The notes beneath the pieces were generated by a model. The model was not told the origin of the DNA. It did no database searches and was given only the letters and a program-made list of their open reading frames with translations. Source: an uncultured Candidatus Binatia bacterium (lineage in GTDB: Bacteria; Desulfobacterota; Binatia; UBA9968; JAJDTQ01). Taken from it: a stretch of DNA of 64,000 bases. The stretch is from NCBI GenBank assembly GCA_965242525.1, contig OZ251459.1, positions 1,600,001 to 1,664,000 of the forward strand. Direction: 5' to 3'. Shown here one piece after another: positions 34,810 through 49,161 of this stretch (position 1 is its first letter; each line of letters starts with the position of its first letter). The translations under genes and the position numbers were made by a program.

Positions 34810-37800
34810 TTACCGCGGCGCCGCCAGCAGCATGGCGTCCAGCAGGCGCTTCTCTTCGCTCACCGGAGGGTACAGAGCGGACAGGGCGTTGGCAAGGCGC
34901 AGGAAGTCGGGGCCGCGCTCGTGTTCCGCCTTCAGCAGGTTGCGCAGGGCCTGGCTGCGGCCCGACGCCTGCAAGAGCATGGCCGCGTGGACCCGGTCCA
35001 GCGTGGTGGCGTCCGGGGCCTGCATCTCCGCGTCGTCCGCGATGAGGACCTTCCCACCGCGGCTTCGGGTTCGCTTCTTCTTGGGGGCGGCCTCCATTTC
35101 GGGGAAAAGCACCTGCTGCACGGTGACCCTCGGGTCGCGCTCCAACCATTCCGCGGCCGTGTCTGCGCCGTCTTCGCCGAAAAGCTGTTTCCCTCGTTCC
35201 GTGGCGTTTATCAGCCGCACCACGCCCTTGTCCGTCTCGATGATCCGCCCCTCCCACTTGGACAGTTCGATGCCCAGAGGCTGGGCCAAGCGGCGCGCCA
35301 CGTCGAAGACGAGACTGTAACCCCTAGGCTTGTCGCGGGGCGCGTCGTCCGCCTCCTCGTGGTCATCGTCCTCCGCAACGTTGTCATCGTCTTCGGAGGC
35401 GTCGTCTGCGCCAGTGCTTTGCAGGGTCCAGAGGAACAGGGCGGTCAGGCGGGTGTCCTCTTCCAGCGCCCCGGCCATGCCGTTGCGCGCCTTCGCCTCC
35501 GCGGCCCCGAGGACGTTTTCGAGGGCGGTGCGCCCGACCACTTCCCACACCCGTTCCAGGTACTCCGGCAGGCCCACCTCACGCCCCTCCGCGGTCTCCA
35601 CCTGCCGGTAGCGGCTGTATATCTCCAGGGCCGGTCCGATGCAGGCAAAGACCAGGTCCGCGCCCCGGACCCCTTCGCCTTGCAACCGTTCCATCCATTC
35701 GCCCACGCGGATGGGCAGTTCGCGCAGCACGTCCGCCCAATCGCCCACCGGCGCGTCGTCGGGGCGGGGACGGCAGACCAGGTGGACGCTGGTGGCCAGG
35801 GACGCGGTGTCACGCGCATTGAGACGAGAACCCATCTCCGTTGCCACCGGCCACGAGCCGGTGATGGTCCAGCCGCCGCTGATCATCCCGGACAGCAGCG
35901 CTTCCCAGCCCTCGGTGGTCTTGTGGGCGAAGACGACCGATCCGATACCGTCCTGGCGCAGGATGCGCCGCCCTTCGGCAAAAGCCCGAACCATTCCCGA
36001 TTCGTAGGTCCTTGCCGTCTTGGTCGAACTGCTGAGCCGATGCGGTCGGTCAACGACGATCTCTTCTTCCTTCGGGGTCAGGTCATGTGAATCGATGGAG
36101 TGGCAAAGAGCCATCATCTGCTCTGGCAAGGCGCGCTTGAGCCATACGAAGAAGAAATCGGACAAGTGTGCATAGGGGACAGCGTCGTAGTAGGGCGGGT
36201 CGGTGAACCAGACACTGGCGGCGGCGTCGGGCAAAGGATAAGCCTTGGCGTCTGCGGGTTGCACTTGGCCAAGGTTGGATTCGGGCCATGAGTCAATAAC
36301 ATTGGCAATCCAGTCCAGCGCTCCGTCATAACCACCGGTGGATTCCGAAAAGGGATTGCTCTCGCTGTAGTCCCAGACCAGGGGGAGAGCCTGTCGAGAA
36401 TAGACACCCTCATGCTTCTCGCCTGATGTATGCCATCGGCATAGCGAGCATCCTGCATTGGCGGTTCGTGTCAACGCCAGCGCCAGAGGTTGTTTCGCCA
36501 TGTCGTCGATCGTTGGGAACCTCTGAACGATCGGGACAGGGGGCGTGAGCGCGTCCTTCGACTTCGCTTCGCTACGCTCAGGACGAACGGAGGACTCCAC
36601 CTCGCTACGCTCAGGACGAACGGGAGGCTCCGCTTTGCTACGCTCAGGATAAACGGGGATGGGACGGTCAGGGTGCGGGAATCCATCCTGGATGTCTCGA
36701 TTGTTCGGGAGTTTCGTTGATGATTTCGTCAATTCCACCAGCGCCGCCTTCTGCCGCGCGGTGAACAGATCGCCCCATGTCGTCATTCCGTAGATTGGCA
36801 CGCTGATGCGTCGAATCTCGTTCAGCGAAATCGGCTCGTCCGGCACAGGACACAACCCTTGCCTCCCGCCCCGCTCCCATTCGTCGAGAATCCCCGCCAG
36901 CCGTGCCTGCGCTTCATACACCGCCGCGTAATCGGCGTCCGTCGGCATCCGATAGTGCCGGCCCGGCTCGTTCTCCTTCAGCGTCACCACCGCGGTCATG
37001 CACGCGCCGCCCATGCGTCTGCCTGCTTCGTCGAAGATCACGTCCGCGCCGCCGCGCTGCTCGGCAAGTTGCGCCCGCACCCGCTCCGGCGGTAGTACGG
37101 CGCCGCAACACAGGCAGGTCGCCTTGGCCCGCGTCACCGTGCCCGCACGCACGTCCTTGTCGGTCTCCGGCTCGAAAATCTCCAACTCCACACGCGGCGG
37201 CTCCTTGGCCGGCTGCACGACCTTATGGAACCTCTGAACAATCGGGACAGGAGGCATGAGCGCGTCCTTCGTCTCCGCTTCGCTACGCTCAGGACGAACG
37301 GGGATAGGCGTGTCAGCGTGAGGGAATCCATCCCGGATCTCTCGATTGTTCAGATGTTTCTTGTACCGGAGCGCCTGACGGCCCCGGACCTTCTTCCGCT
37401 TGCCGCCCTCCCTCTTGAACACAGCTTTCTTCGCCAACCACAGCGACCGCAGCAGCGGGACTTCCGCCCCGCAGTTCGGGGCCTCGCAGCGCACCGTGCG
37501 CGCCCACAGGTAGGCGATGGGCGTGCTCCCGTCCAGGTCCACCGGATACAGATCGGCCAACTCCCGTTCCGCGGCCTGCCTGACCTCGCCGCCGACCTTG
37601 CGCAACTCATCGGCCAGCCCCGAACCGTGGCGCGGGATGTCTTCCAGCATCACCTTGAGGATCAGGCAGGCCACCGGGTTCAGGTCGCTGGCGAACGCCT
37701 CGCAGCCCACCCGCAGGGCTTCCAACGGAATCGAGCCGCCGCCCGCGAACGGGTCCACCACTAGGGGCGGCTCCGCGCCGTGGGCCGCCCTCACCAGCGC

Positions 37801-38175
37801 CCGGGCCGTTTCGAGCCGGACGCCGTTTGCGGCAAGGTTCCAGTTGGCGAAGTCGGCGATGAACTTGAGCAGGACCCGCCGCAAGCCATCGTCCGGCTCG
37901 ATGGCCTCGATCCACCCTCCCGGCCGTCCGTGCATCCCCAAGAGGATCTGCCGCGTCTCCTTCTTGAAGGCTTCCGGGCAATGCGGGTCACACGGGTCCG
38001 GCAGCAGCAGCGCCATCAGCATCGCCCGGGAGGAAGCCAGCGGCCGCCGCGCCCACCACAGGTGCAGCGTGGAAGGATGCCCGTGCCGGATGGACTTCTC
38101 CCGCGCCGCATGCCGCGAAACCTCGGCAATGGGGAAGTCCACCTCCGCCAGACGCCTGCACTCCCTGGGAATCAC
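34810..38175 (-). CDS. DUF1156-family adenine-specific DNA methyltransferase carrying two in-frame MITE insertions
   Basis: REKSIRHGHPSTLHLWWARRPL, DPFAGGGSIP (motif I), FTDPPYYD (motif IV) and Zn-ribbon cysteines; start GTG 38175. Confidence 0.92.
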   Translation of the reverse strand: MIPRECRRLAEVDFPIAEVSRHAAREKSIRHGHPSTLHLWWARRPLASSRAMLMALLLPDPCDPHCPEAFKKETRQILLGMHGRPGGWIEAIEPDDGLRRVLLKFIADFANWNLAANGVRLETARALVRAAHGAEPPLVVDPFAGGGSIPLEALRVGCEAFASDLNPVACLILKVMLEDIPRHGSGLADELRKVGGEVRQAAERELADLYPVDLDGSTPIAYLWARTVRCEAPNCGAEVPLLRSLWLAKKAVFKREGGKRKKVRGRQALRYKKHLNNREIRDGFPHADTPIPVRPERSEAETKDALMPPVPIVQRFHKVVQPAKEPPRVELEIFEPETDKDVRAGTVTRAKATCLCCGAVLPPERVRAQLAEQRGGADVIFDEAGRRMGGACMTAVVTLKENEPGRHYRMPTDADYAAVYEAQARLAGILDEWERGGRQGLCPVPDEPISLNEIRRISVPIYGMTTWGDLFTARQKAALVELTKSSTKLPNNRDIQDGFPHPDRPIPVYPERSKAEPPVRPERSEVESSVRPERSEAKSKDALTPPVPIVQRFPTIDDMAKQPLALALTRTANAGCSLCRWHTSGEKHEGVYSRQALPLVWDYSESNPFSESTGGYDGALDWIANVIDSWPESNLGQVQPADAKAYPLPDAAASVWFTDPPYYDAVPYAHLSDFFFVWLKRALPEQMMALCHSIDSHDLTPKEEEIVVDRPHRLSSSTKTARTYESGMVRAFAEGRRILRQDGIGSVVFAHKTTEGWEALLSGMISGGWTITGSWPVATEMGSRLNARDTASLATSVHLVCRPRPDDAPVGDWADVLRELPIRVGEWMERLQGEGVRGADLVFACIGPALEIYSRYRQVETAEGREVGLPEYLERVWEVVGRTALENVLGAAEAKARNGMAGALEEDTRLTALFLWTLQSTGADDASEDDDNVAEDDDHEEADDAPRDKPRGYSLVFDVARRLAQPLGIELSKWEGRIIETDKGVVRLINATERGKQLFGEDGADTAAEWLERDPRVTVQQVLFPEMEAAPKKKRTRSRGGKVLIADDAEMQAPDATTLDRVHAAMLLQASGRSQALRNLLKAEHERGPDFLRLANALSALYPPVSEEKRLLDAMLLAAPR
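36516..36715. mobile_element. MITE (200 bp) inserted in frame in the methyltransferase, GTTG TSD
   Basis: GTTG at 36512-36515 and 36716-36719; 204 nt equals 68 codons. Confidence 0.92.
37227..37360. mobile_element. MITE (134 bp) inserted in frame in the methyltransferase, TTAT/TTGT TSD
   Basis: 138 nt equals 46 codons; removal restores ALRYKVVQ. Confidence 0.9.
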
Positions 38176-38227
38176 AAATCGAATCCTTGTGAGCCTCGGA
38201 TCAATCCCGGCTTGAACTCCCTCTCCC

Positions 38228-38876
38228 TGTGGGAAAGCGCGTCCTTCCACTTCGCTTCGCTACGCTCAGGACGAACGGGGATAAGGGGTCGGGGTGAGGG
38301 AATCCATCCTGGATGTCTCGGTTGTTCAGAGGTTCCATAAATCGGCTCTTCCGGCTTTCGTGTGGGTAAGGTAGAAGGGAAAGGGGAGCGAAAAGGATCA
38401 CACGGTCATTGCTCCGCGGACGCCCACTCCCGTCATTCCCGCGCACACCCACTTCCGTCATTCCCGCGAAAGCATGTCCTCGCGGAAGCGGGGGCGGGAA
38501 TCCATCCGGTTTCGTCGCTCTCGTTGTACAAACCTCTCCAGGTCGGATTACCCTTCTCGATCCACTCGATCTTCCTTGCCCTATTCCATTTCCTGACCGC
38601 CTTTCTCTCCGGGTAGCGTTTTCCGTGGGTTCAGGGACCTCGTATCCAACCAACCGGTGCACAGATGGATGGATTCCCGCTTTCGCGGGAATGACGGAGA
38701 TGAGGCTTTCGCGGGAATGACGGCATGGGCTTTCACAGGAGGAACATCTGAACAATCGAGACATCCGGGATGGATTCCTTCACACTGACCCCTATATCCG
38801 TTCGTCCTGAGCGTAGCGAAGCGAAGTCGAAGGACGCGCTCATGCCTCCTGTCCCGATTTTTCAGAGGTTCCAGGA
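38228..38876. repeat. Repeat cluster: half MITE, REP palindromes, GIY-YIG remnant (~38516-38662) and MITE 38741-38872 with AGGA TSD
   Basis: Same modules as 34299-34770 and 12961-13285. Confidence 0.85.
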
Positions 38877-39024
38877 ATGACAGACCGACCCCTTTCCCTC
38901 CTGCCTTTCCCACTCGAAAGCCTGGGGATACCGCTCTGCGGGCGTGCAGACGGCCAACCACAGGAATCCCTGCTCGCTCACGCTGCCGGTCCCGCTCTGC
39001 GGGTGGGTGTGCGGCCGGTTCCGG

Positions 39025-40809
39025 TCAGCGCCGCTGGGTCACGGTGTCCACCAGGGCGGGGGTTCCCTGCTTGACCTGCTCGATGGCGCGGTCCAGGGCG
39101 GGCCTCAGGTGGTCGGCGTTCTCGATGGGGCCTTCGCCGTACCAGCCCATGGAGCGCGCGAGGGCGGCGAAGTCGGGGTCCGGGCCGCACAGGTCCATGC
39201 CGATGTGCGCCCGGGAGGGGTCCGTGCCGCGGTTCCGCGCCATGACGATCTGGTGGTTCCAGTCGTTGTAGTAGGCGCGGTTGTTGTACATGACCACGAG
39301 CATGGGGATGCGGTACTTGGCCGCCATCCACAGGGCGCCGGCGTCGAACATCAGGTCGCCGTCGGGTTGCAGGTCCACCACCAGCCTCCCCTGCCCCTTG
39401 TGGGCCAGGGCCACCCCCAGGGACAGGCCGATCTGGGTGCCGGTGCCCAGCTCGCGCCCGCCGTGGCGGTAGGGCCGGTCGAAGTTCCACAACCGGCGGG
39501 CCCAGTCGTGCAGCGTGCCGGAGGTCAGCACCCAGTCCTCGTCCCGGATGGCGTCCCACACTTCCAGCGCCAGCCGCGGCACGGTCATGGGAACCGCGTC
39601 CCAGCGGTCTTCCTCGGCCTGCCGGCGCCATTGGGCGCGGACCTCGGCGTGGCGCCGGCCGGTCTCCTCCGTGCGCCGGGCGATCTTCTCGGCCAGGCCC
39701 GGAGTCCGGGCGATGCGGGCCTTCAGCAGCCGGGTGAGCGCCGGGGCCGCGGTCACCGGGTCCGCGGTCATGCGCTGGTGCGCATAGAAGGGCCGGGCGT
39801 AGGTCATGGCCCACTTGCTGATCTCCACGTCGGTGTAGCCGATGTCGATCCAGGCGGCGTCCTCGGGCACCATGCTCACCACCGTGCGCGTGGCGATGTC
39901 GCGCACGTGGGTGGGCTTCTCGAAGTCCGCCACGTCCAGCGTCAGCACCGCGTCCGCGTCCTTGTAGCAGCCCTCGCCGTCCATGCTCAGGTTCAGGGGG
40001 TGATCGCTCGGGAAGTTCAGGCGGGAGTCGCAGTCCCACACCCGGGCGCCCAGGGTCTCGGCCAGATCCACCACGTGGTCCCAGCCGTGGGGCGGACGCG
40101 CGGCGAAGTCCGCCACGATGACCGGGCGCTCCGCCCCGGCCAGGGTGTCCGCGGCCTGCTCCAGGGCTGCGGGGTCCGCCATCACCGGGGCCGGCACGCG
40201 CGCGGCCTCCTCCGGCGGCATGGCCACGTCCCGTTCGAGGGGAGCCTCCTGGAGGCCCGCGTCGTAGCACATGTAGATGGGTCCCTGCTTGCCGCTCATC
40301 ATCACCGAATAGGCCCGGGCAAAGGCCCCGGGCACCCCGTCGATGGTGGTGGGCTGGGAGTCCCACTTGACGTAGTGGCGGATGGCCTCGCCCTGGACGC
40401 TGGCCGAATGGATCCAGTCGATGAACGGGCGGCGCTTGGGCTCCTCCATGGGGCCGGTGGCGCCGATGATGAAGACCGGCGCCCGGTCCAGGTAGGCGTA
40501 GTAGATGCCCATGGGCGCGTGCAGCAGCCCCACCAGGTTGTGGACGATGGCGATCATGGGCTTGCCGGTGGCCCGGGCATAGCCGTGGGCCATCTGCACC
40601 GCGATCTTCTCGTGGTTGCACAGCATCATGGGCGGGTCGTCCTCGCCGTAGTTCACCAGCGAGTCGTGGAGGCCCCGGTAGCTGGCCCCGGGGTTGAGGG
40701 TGATGTGCTCGAACCCATACCGCTTGATCATGTCCACGATGACGTCCGACTGCCACTTGCGGTCGGACTTTTTGATGTCGGGAACTTCCGTCCCTGCCGC
40801 CTTGCTCAT
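39025..40809 (-). CDS. Thiamine pyrophosphate-binding protein (acetolactate synthase-like)
   Basis: NPGASYRGLHDS, HEKIAVQMAHGYARATGKP and QPDGDLMF...YNNRAYYND. Confidence 0.9.
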   Translation of the reverse strand: MSKAAGTEVPDIKKSDRKWQSDVIVDMIKRYGFEHITLNPGASYRGLHDSLVNYGEDDPPMMLCNHEKIAVQMAHGYARATGKPMIAIVHNLVGLLHAPMGIYYAYLDRAPVFIIGATGPMEEPKRRPFIDWIHSASVQGEAIRHYVKWDSQPTTIDGVPGAFARAYSVMMSGKQGPIYMCYDAGLQEAPLERDVAMPPEEAARVPAPVMADPAALEQAADTLAGAERPVIVADFAARPPHGWDHVVDLAETLGARVWDCDSRLNFPSDHPLNLSMDGEGCYKDADAVLTLDVADFEKPTHVRDIATRTVVSMVPEDAAWIDIGYTDVEISKWAMTYARPFYAHQRMTADPVTAAPALTRLLKARIARTPGLAEKIARRTEETGRRHAEVRAQWRRQAEEDRWDAVPMTVPRLALEVWDAIRDEDWVLTSGTLHDWARRLWNFDRPYRHGGRELGTGTQIGLSLGVALAHKGQGRLVVDLQPDGDLMFDAGALWMAAKYRIPMLVVMYNNRAYYNDWNHQIVMARNRGTDPSRAHIGMDLCGPDPDFAALARSMGWYGEGPIENADHLRPALDRAIEQVKQGTPALVDTVTQRR

Positions 40810-40862
40810 GTCTCGTTCCTCTCCCGGCGCCGCGGCCCGGGTCCCGGCCGCGCCAAGGGCCG

Positions 40863-42629
40863 TCAGGCGTTGATGTCCCGGCGCCAGACGATGGGGTCCA
40901 CCAGCGCGGGCTTGCCGGCCTTGACCTGCTCGATGGCCCGGCGCAGCGCGGGTCCCACCTCCGCGGGGTCTTCGATGGGGCCTTCGGCGTACCAGCCCAT
41001 GCCCCTGGCGATGTGCGCGAAGTCCGGCGGCGGCCCCTCCAGGTCCATGCCGATCCAGGCCCGGGACGGGTCGGTGCCGCGCTGGTGCGCCATGTGGATC
41101 TGGTGCGCCCAGTCGTTGTAGTAGGCCCGGTTGTTGTACATGACCACGAGCATGGGGATGTCGTACTTGACCGGCATCCACAGGGCCCCCAGGTCGAACA
41201 TCAGGTCCCCGTCCGGCTGCAAGTCCACCACCAGCCTCCCCTGCCCCTTGTGGGCCAGAGCCACGCCGATGGACATGCCGATCTGGGTGCCGGTGCCGAG
41301 TTCCCGGCCCGGATGGCGGTAGGGCCGGTCGAAGTTCCAGATCTTCTGCACCCAGTCCTTCAGGGTCCCCGCGGTCAGCACCCAGTCCTCGCCCTCGATC
41401 TCCCGCCACACATCCCATGCCAGCCGGGACTCGGTCATGGGCCGCCGGTCCCTCTCCGCCTGCGCCTGCTCCTGCCACTTCTCCCACTGGCGGTCGTGCT
41501 TCTCCGCCAGGGCGCGCTTGCGCCCCTCGATGCGCTCCCGCAGCGCCGGGTCGGCTTCGACCAGCGCCCGGCACGCCCGGGTGAGCTCGGGAATGGTGAT
41601 GGCGGTGTCCCCCAGGACCCGCAGGTCCCAGTTGTGGTGCTTGTTGTAGTCGGTGGCCCACTTGCTGATCTCCACGTCGGCGAAGCCCGCGTCCACCCAC
41701 TTGCAGTCCGGCGCGGTCACCACCGTGATCTCCCGGGTCCGGGTGTTGAGCCGGTGGGAGCCCCGGGTCCAGTCCACCACGTCCAGGGCCATCACCAGGT
41801 CCACGCCATCGAAGGCGTCCGGGTGGAAGCTCATGCTGAGGGGGTGGCGGTTGGGGAAGCCCAGCCGCTTGCAGATGTCGAACACCGACGCTCCCACGGT
41901 CTCCGCCAGCTCCACCGTGGGACCGAAACCCGTGGGCATGCGCCCGGCGTACTCGGTGAGCAGCAACGGGTTGTCCGCCTGCATCAGCATCTCGGCCGCC
42001 CGGGCCACCGCCGCGGGCTCCGGCGCCATGCGCGACGGCACCTTCACCGCGGAAGCCGGCGGGAGCGCCGCCTCCTCGGTGAGCGGACTCTCCTGCAACG
42101 CCGAGTCGTAGCACAGGTAGATGGGTCCCTGGGGCTCGCTCATCATGATGGAGTAGGCCCGGGCGAAGGAGTCGGGCACGCCGTGGATGCTGCCGGGCTG
42201 GTAGTCCCACTTGGTGAAGTTGCGCACCGCGTCGCCCTGGGCGAAGGCCGTGTGGATCCAGTCGATGAAGGGGCGCCGGTACTTCTCGTCCATGGGGCCG
42301 GTGGCGCCGATGACGAACACCGGACAGCGGTCGATGTAGGCGTAGTAGATGCCCATGGGCGCGTGCAGCAGCCCCACCACGTCGTGCACGATGGCGATCA
42401 TGGGCTTGCCCGACGCCTTGGCGTAGCCGTGGGCGATCTGCACCGCGATCTTCTCGTGGTTGCACAGGAGCATCTCCGGGTCGTTCTCGCCGTAGTTCAC
42501 CAGCGAGTCGTGGAGGCCCCGGTAGCTGGCCCCCGGGTTCAGGGCCACGTAGGGGATGTCGTAGAGCCGGATGAGGTCCACGATCACGTCCGACTGCCAG
42601 CGCTGTTCCGATTTCCTGATTTCCGACAT
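40863..42629 (-). CDS. Thiamine pyrophosphate-binding protein, tandem paralog
   Basis: Same motifs as the downstream copy. Confidence 0.9.
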   Translation of the reverse strand: MSEIRKSEQRWQSDVIVDLIRLYDIPYVALNPGASYRGLHDSLVNYGENDPEMLLCNHEKIAVQIAHGYAKASGKPMIAIVHDVVGLLHAPMGIYYAYIDRCPVFVIGATGPMDEKYRRPFIDWIHTAFAQGDAVRNFTKWDYQPGSIHGVPDSFARAYSIMMSEPQGPIYLCYDSALQESPLTEEAALPPASAVKVPSRMAPEPAAVARAAEMLMQADNPLLLTEYAGRMPTGFGPTVELAETVGASVFDICKRLGFPNRHPLSMSFHPDAFDGVDLVMALDVVDWTRGSHRLNTRTREITVVTAPDCKWVDAGFADVEISKWATDYNKHHNWDLRVLGDTAITIPELTRACRALVEADPALRERIEGRKRALAEKHDRQWEKWQEQAQAERDRRPMTESRLAWDVWREIEGEDWVLTAGTLKDWVQKIWNFDRPYRHPGRELGTGTQIGMSIGVALAHKGQGRLVVDLQPDGDLMFDLGALWMPVKYDIPMLVVMYNNRAYYNDWAHQIHMAHQRGTDPSRAWIGMDLEGPPPDFAHIARGMGWYAEGPIEDPAEVGPALRRAIEQVKAGKPALVDPIVWRRDINA

Positions 42630-42693
42630 GGGAGCCTTTCCTGGTTGGACGAAACGGGTCTCACACACATGGAACCGCGGACGCGGCGGGGCT

Positions 42694-44190
42694 TCAAGGC
42701 AGGTCAGTGCCGTGCATGAGGTAGCGGTCCACCTCCCGGGCCGCGCCCCGTCCTTCGTGGATGGCCCACACCACCAGGCTCTGGCCCCGGCGCGCGTCGC
42801 CCGCGGCGAACACGTTCTCCACGTTGGTGACGTACTTGCCGTATTCGGCCCGGGCGTTGGAGCGGGCGTCCCGCTCGACCCCGAGTTGCGCCAGGACCTG
42901 GTCTTCCGGGCCGGAGAACCCCATGGCCAGCAGCACCAGGTCCGCGGGCCATTCCTTCTCCGTGCCTTCCACCGGGCTGAAGGGCGCGCGCTCTCCCGGC
43001 CGGTCCCAGTCCAGGTCGATGGTCCGGAGGGCCTTGACCCGGCCGTGTCCGTCGTCGATGAACTTCACGGTGTTGGTGCAGTAGCGCCTGGGGTCGTCGC
43101 CGAAGCGCGCCTTGCCCTCTTCCTGGCCGTAGTCCAGCTTGTAGACCACCGGCCACTGGGGCCACGGGTTGCCGGGGGCGCGCTCGGGCGGCGGCTTCGG
43201 GATCACGTCGAACTGCCGGATGGTGCGGCACCCGTGGCGCAGGGCCGTGCCCACGCAGTCGGTGCCGGTGTCGCCGCCCCCCAGGACGATGGTGTGCCGG
43301 TCCCGGGCCGAGATGAAGCCGCCGTCCCCATGGCCCGAGTCCAGCAGGCTCCGGGTGTTGGCGTGCAGGAACTCCATGGCGAAGTGGACGCCCCGGAGGT
43401 CCCGGCCCGGAGCGTTCCGCAGGAAGTCGTTGGGCTTGGTGGCGCCGGTGCAGACCACCACCGCGTCGAACTCCCGGGGCAACTCCTCCCCGGGCAGGTC
43501 CTTGCCCACTTCCACCCCGGTCTCGAAGACGACCCCCTCGGCCTCCATCTGCTCCAGACGCCTCCCCACCACCTTCTCCTTGTCGAGCTTCATGTTGGGG
43601 ATGCCGTACATGAGCAGCCCGCCGGGCCGGTCCGACCGTTCATAGACCGTGACCCGGTGTCCGGCGCGGTTGAGCTGGGCGGCGCAGGCCAGGCCCGCGG
43701 GGCCGGAGCCGATGACCGCCACGCGCTTCCCGGTCCGCTCGGGGGGCGGTTCCGGGCGGATCCACCCCTCCTCGAAACCCCGATCGACGATGGCGCATTC
43801 GATGGTCTTGATGGTCACCGGACTGCCGTTGATGCCCAGGACGCAAGAACCCTCGCAGGGCGCCGGACAGACGCGGCCGGTGAACTCGGGGAAGTTGTTG
43901 GTCCGGTGCAACTGGACCAGGGCCTCTTTCCAGTGGTCCCGGTAAACCAGGTCGTTCCAGTCCGGTATGAGGTTGTTCAGCGGACAGCCCGAGGCGCCCG
44001 GGCCTTTGCCCATGGGCGCGCCGGTATGGCAGAAGGGGATGCCGCAGTCCATGCAGCGGGCGCCCTGCTCCCGCAGAGCTTCCGCGGGCATGGGGAGCAC
44101 GAACTCGTTCCAGTCCTCCAGCCGTTCGAGCGGGTCCCGGTACGCGGTCTTGCCCCGCTCGTATTCCATGAATCCCGTGATCTTGCCCAT
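42694..44190 (-). CDS. gltD: Glutamate synthase small (beta) subunit
   Basis: [40 protein letters not shown] and GSGPAG. Confidence 0.97.
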   Translation of the reverse strand: MGKITGFMEYERGKTAYRDPLERLEDWNEFVLPMPAEALREQGARCMDCGIPFCHTGAPMGKGPGASGCPLNNLIPDWNDLVYRDHWKEALVQLHRTNNFPEFTGRVCPAPCEGSCVLGINGSPVTIKTIECAIVDRGFEEGWIRPEPPPERTGKRVAVIGSGPAGLACAAQLNRAGHRVTVYERSDRPGGLLMYGIPNMKLDKEKVVGRRLEQMEAEGVVFETGVEVGKDLPGEELPREFDAVVVCTGATKPNDFLRNAPGRDLRGVHFAMEFLHANTRSLLDSGHGDGGFISARDRHTIVLGGGDTGTDCVGTALRHGCRTIRQFDVIPKPPPERAPGNPWPQWPVVYKLDYGQEEGKARFGDDPRRYCTNTVKFIDDGHGRVKALRTIDLDWDRPGERAPFSPVEGTEKEWPADLVLLAMGFSGPEDQVLAQLGVERDARSNARAEYGKYVTNVENVFAAGDARRGQSLVVWAIHEGRGAAREVDRYLMHGTDLP

Positions 44191-44240
44191 ATGCCCGGAG
44201 CCGTCCCCTCCTTCGGTCCTCGGTCAACCCGTCCGCGGGC

Positions 44241-48812
<4,572 letters not shown>

Positions 48813-49161
48813 GGAGAGAACCCTCTGTACAGGAATACCCGCACGGCCTTCCGGGCGCCCGAAACAAGTCGGATACCACAAAGAGGACCGAGTTTCAGTA
48901 GCTGACGCGCTCTTGTCAAGGAAACGCTGCGCGGTCGTCGTCCCGACCGCCGCGCGGATCTCCCGAACGCTCTGAGGCGGGCTCGGCTCGTTCCGCCGAC
49001 TTCGGCCCACGAGTCTAGCAACCTATGGACGCTTCCGCTACGCCCGCCGGGACCCCCGGGCCGCGGGGGCGTTCCCGGACCGCGGTTGCGGGGGCCGAGG
49101 GTCCGGGGGGTCCGGGCGCACCCGGTTCCGAAACCGCCGCGGGTTCGGTATAGAAAGGGGC

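Noticed and set aside
36512-37364. Inteins or introns in the methyltransferase
   Set aside because: There are no C/S...HN intein ends or group I/II intron features; the inserts have TIRs, TSDs and intergenic siblings
39025-42465. Single 1146-aa TPP protein in the ORF track
   Set aside because: The N-terminal half is an off-frame read through the upstream paralog; the real start is ATG 40809
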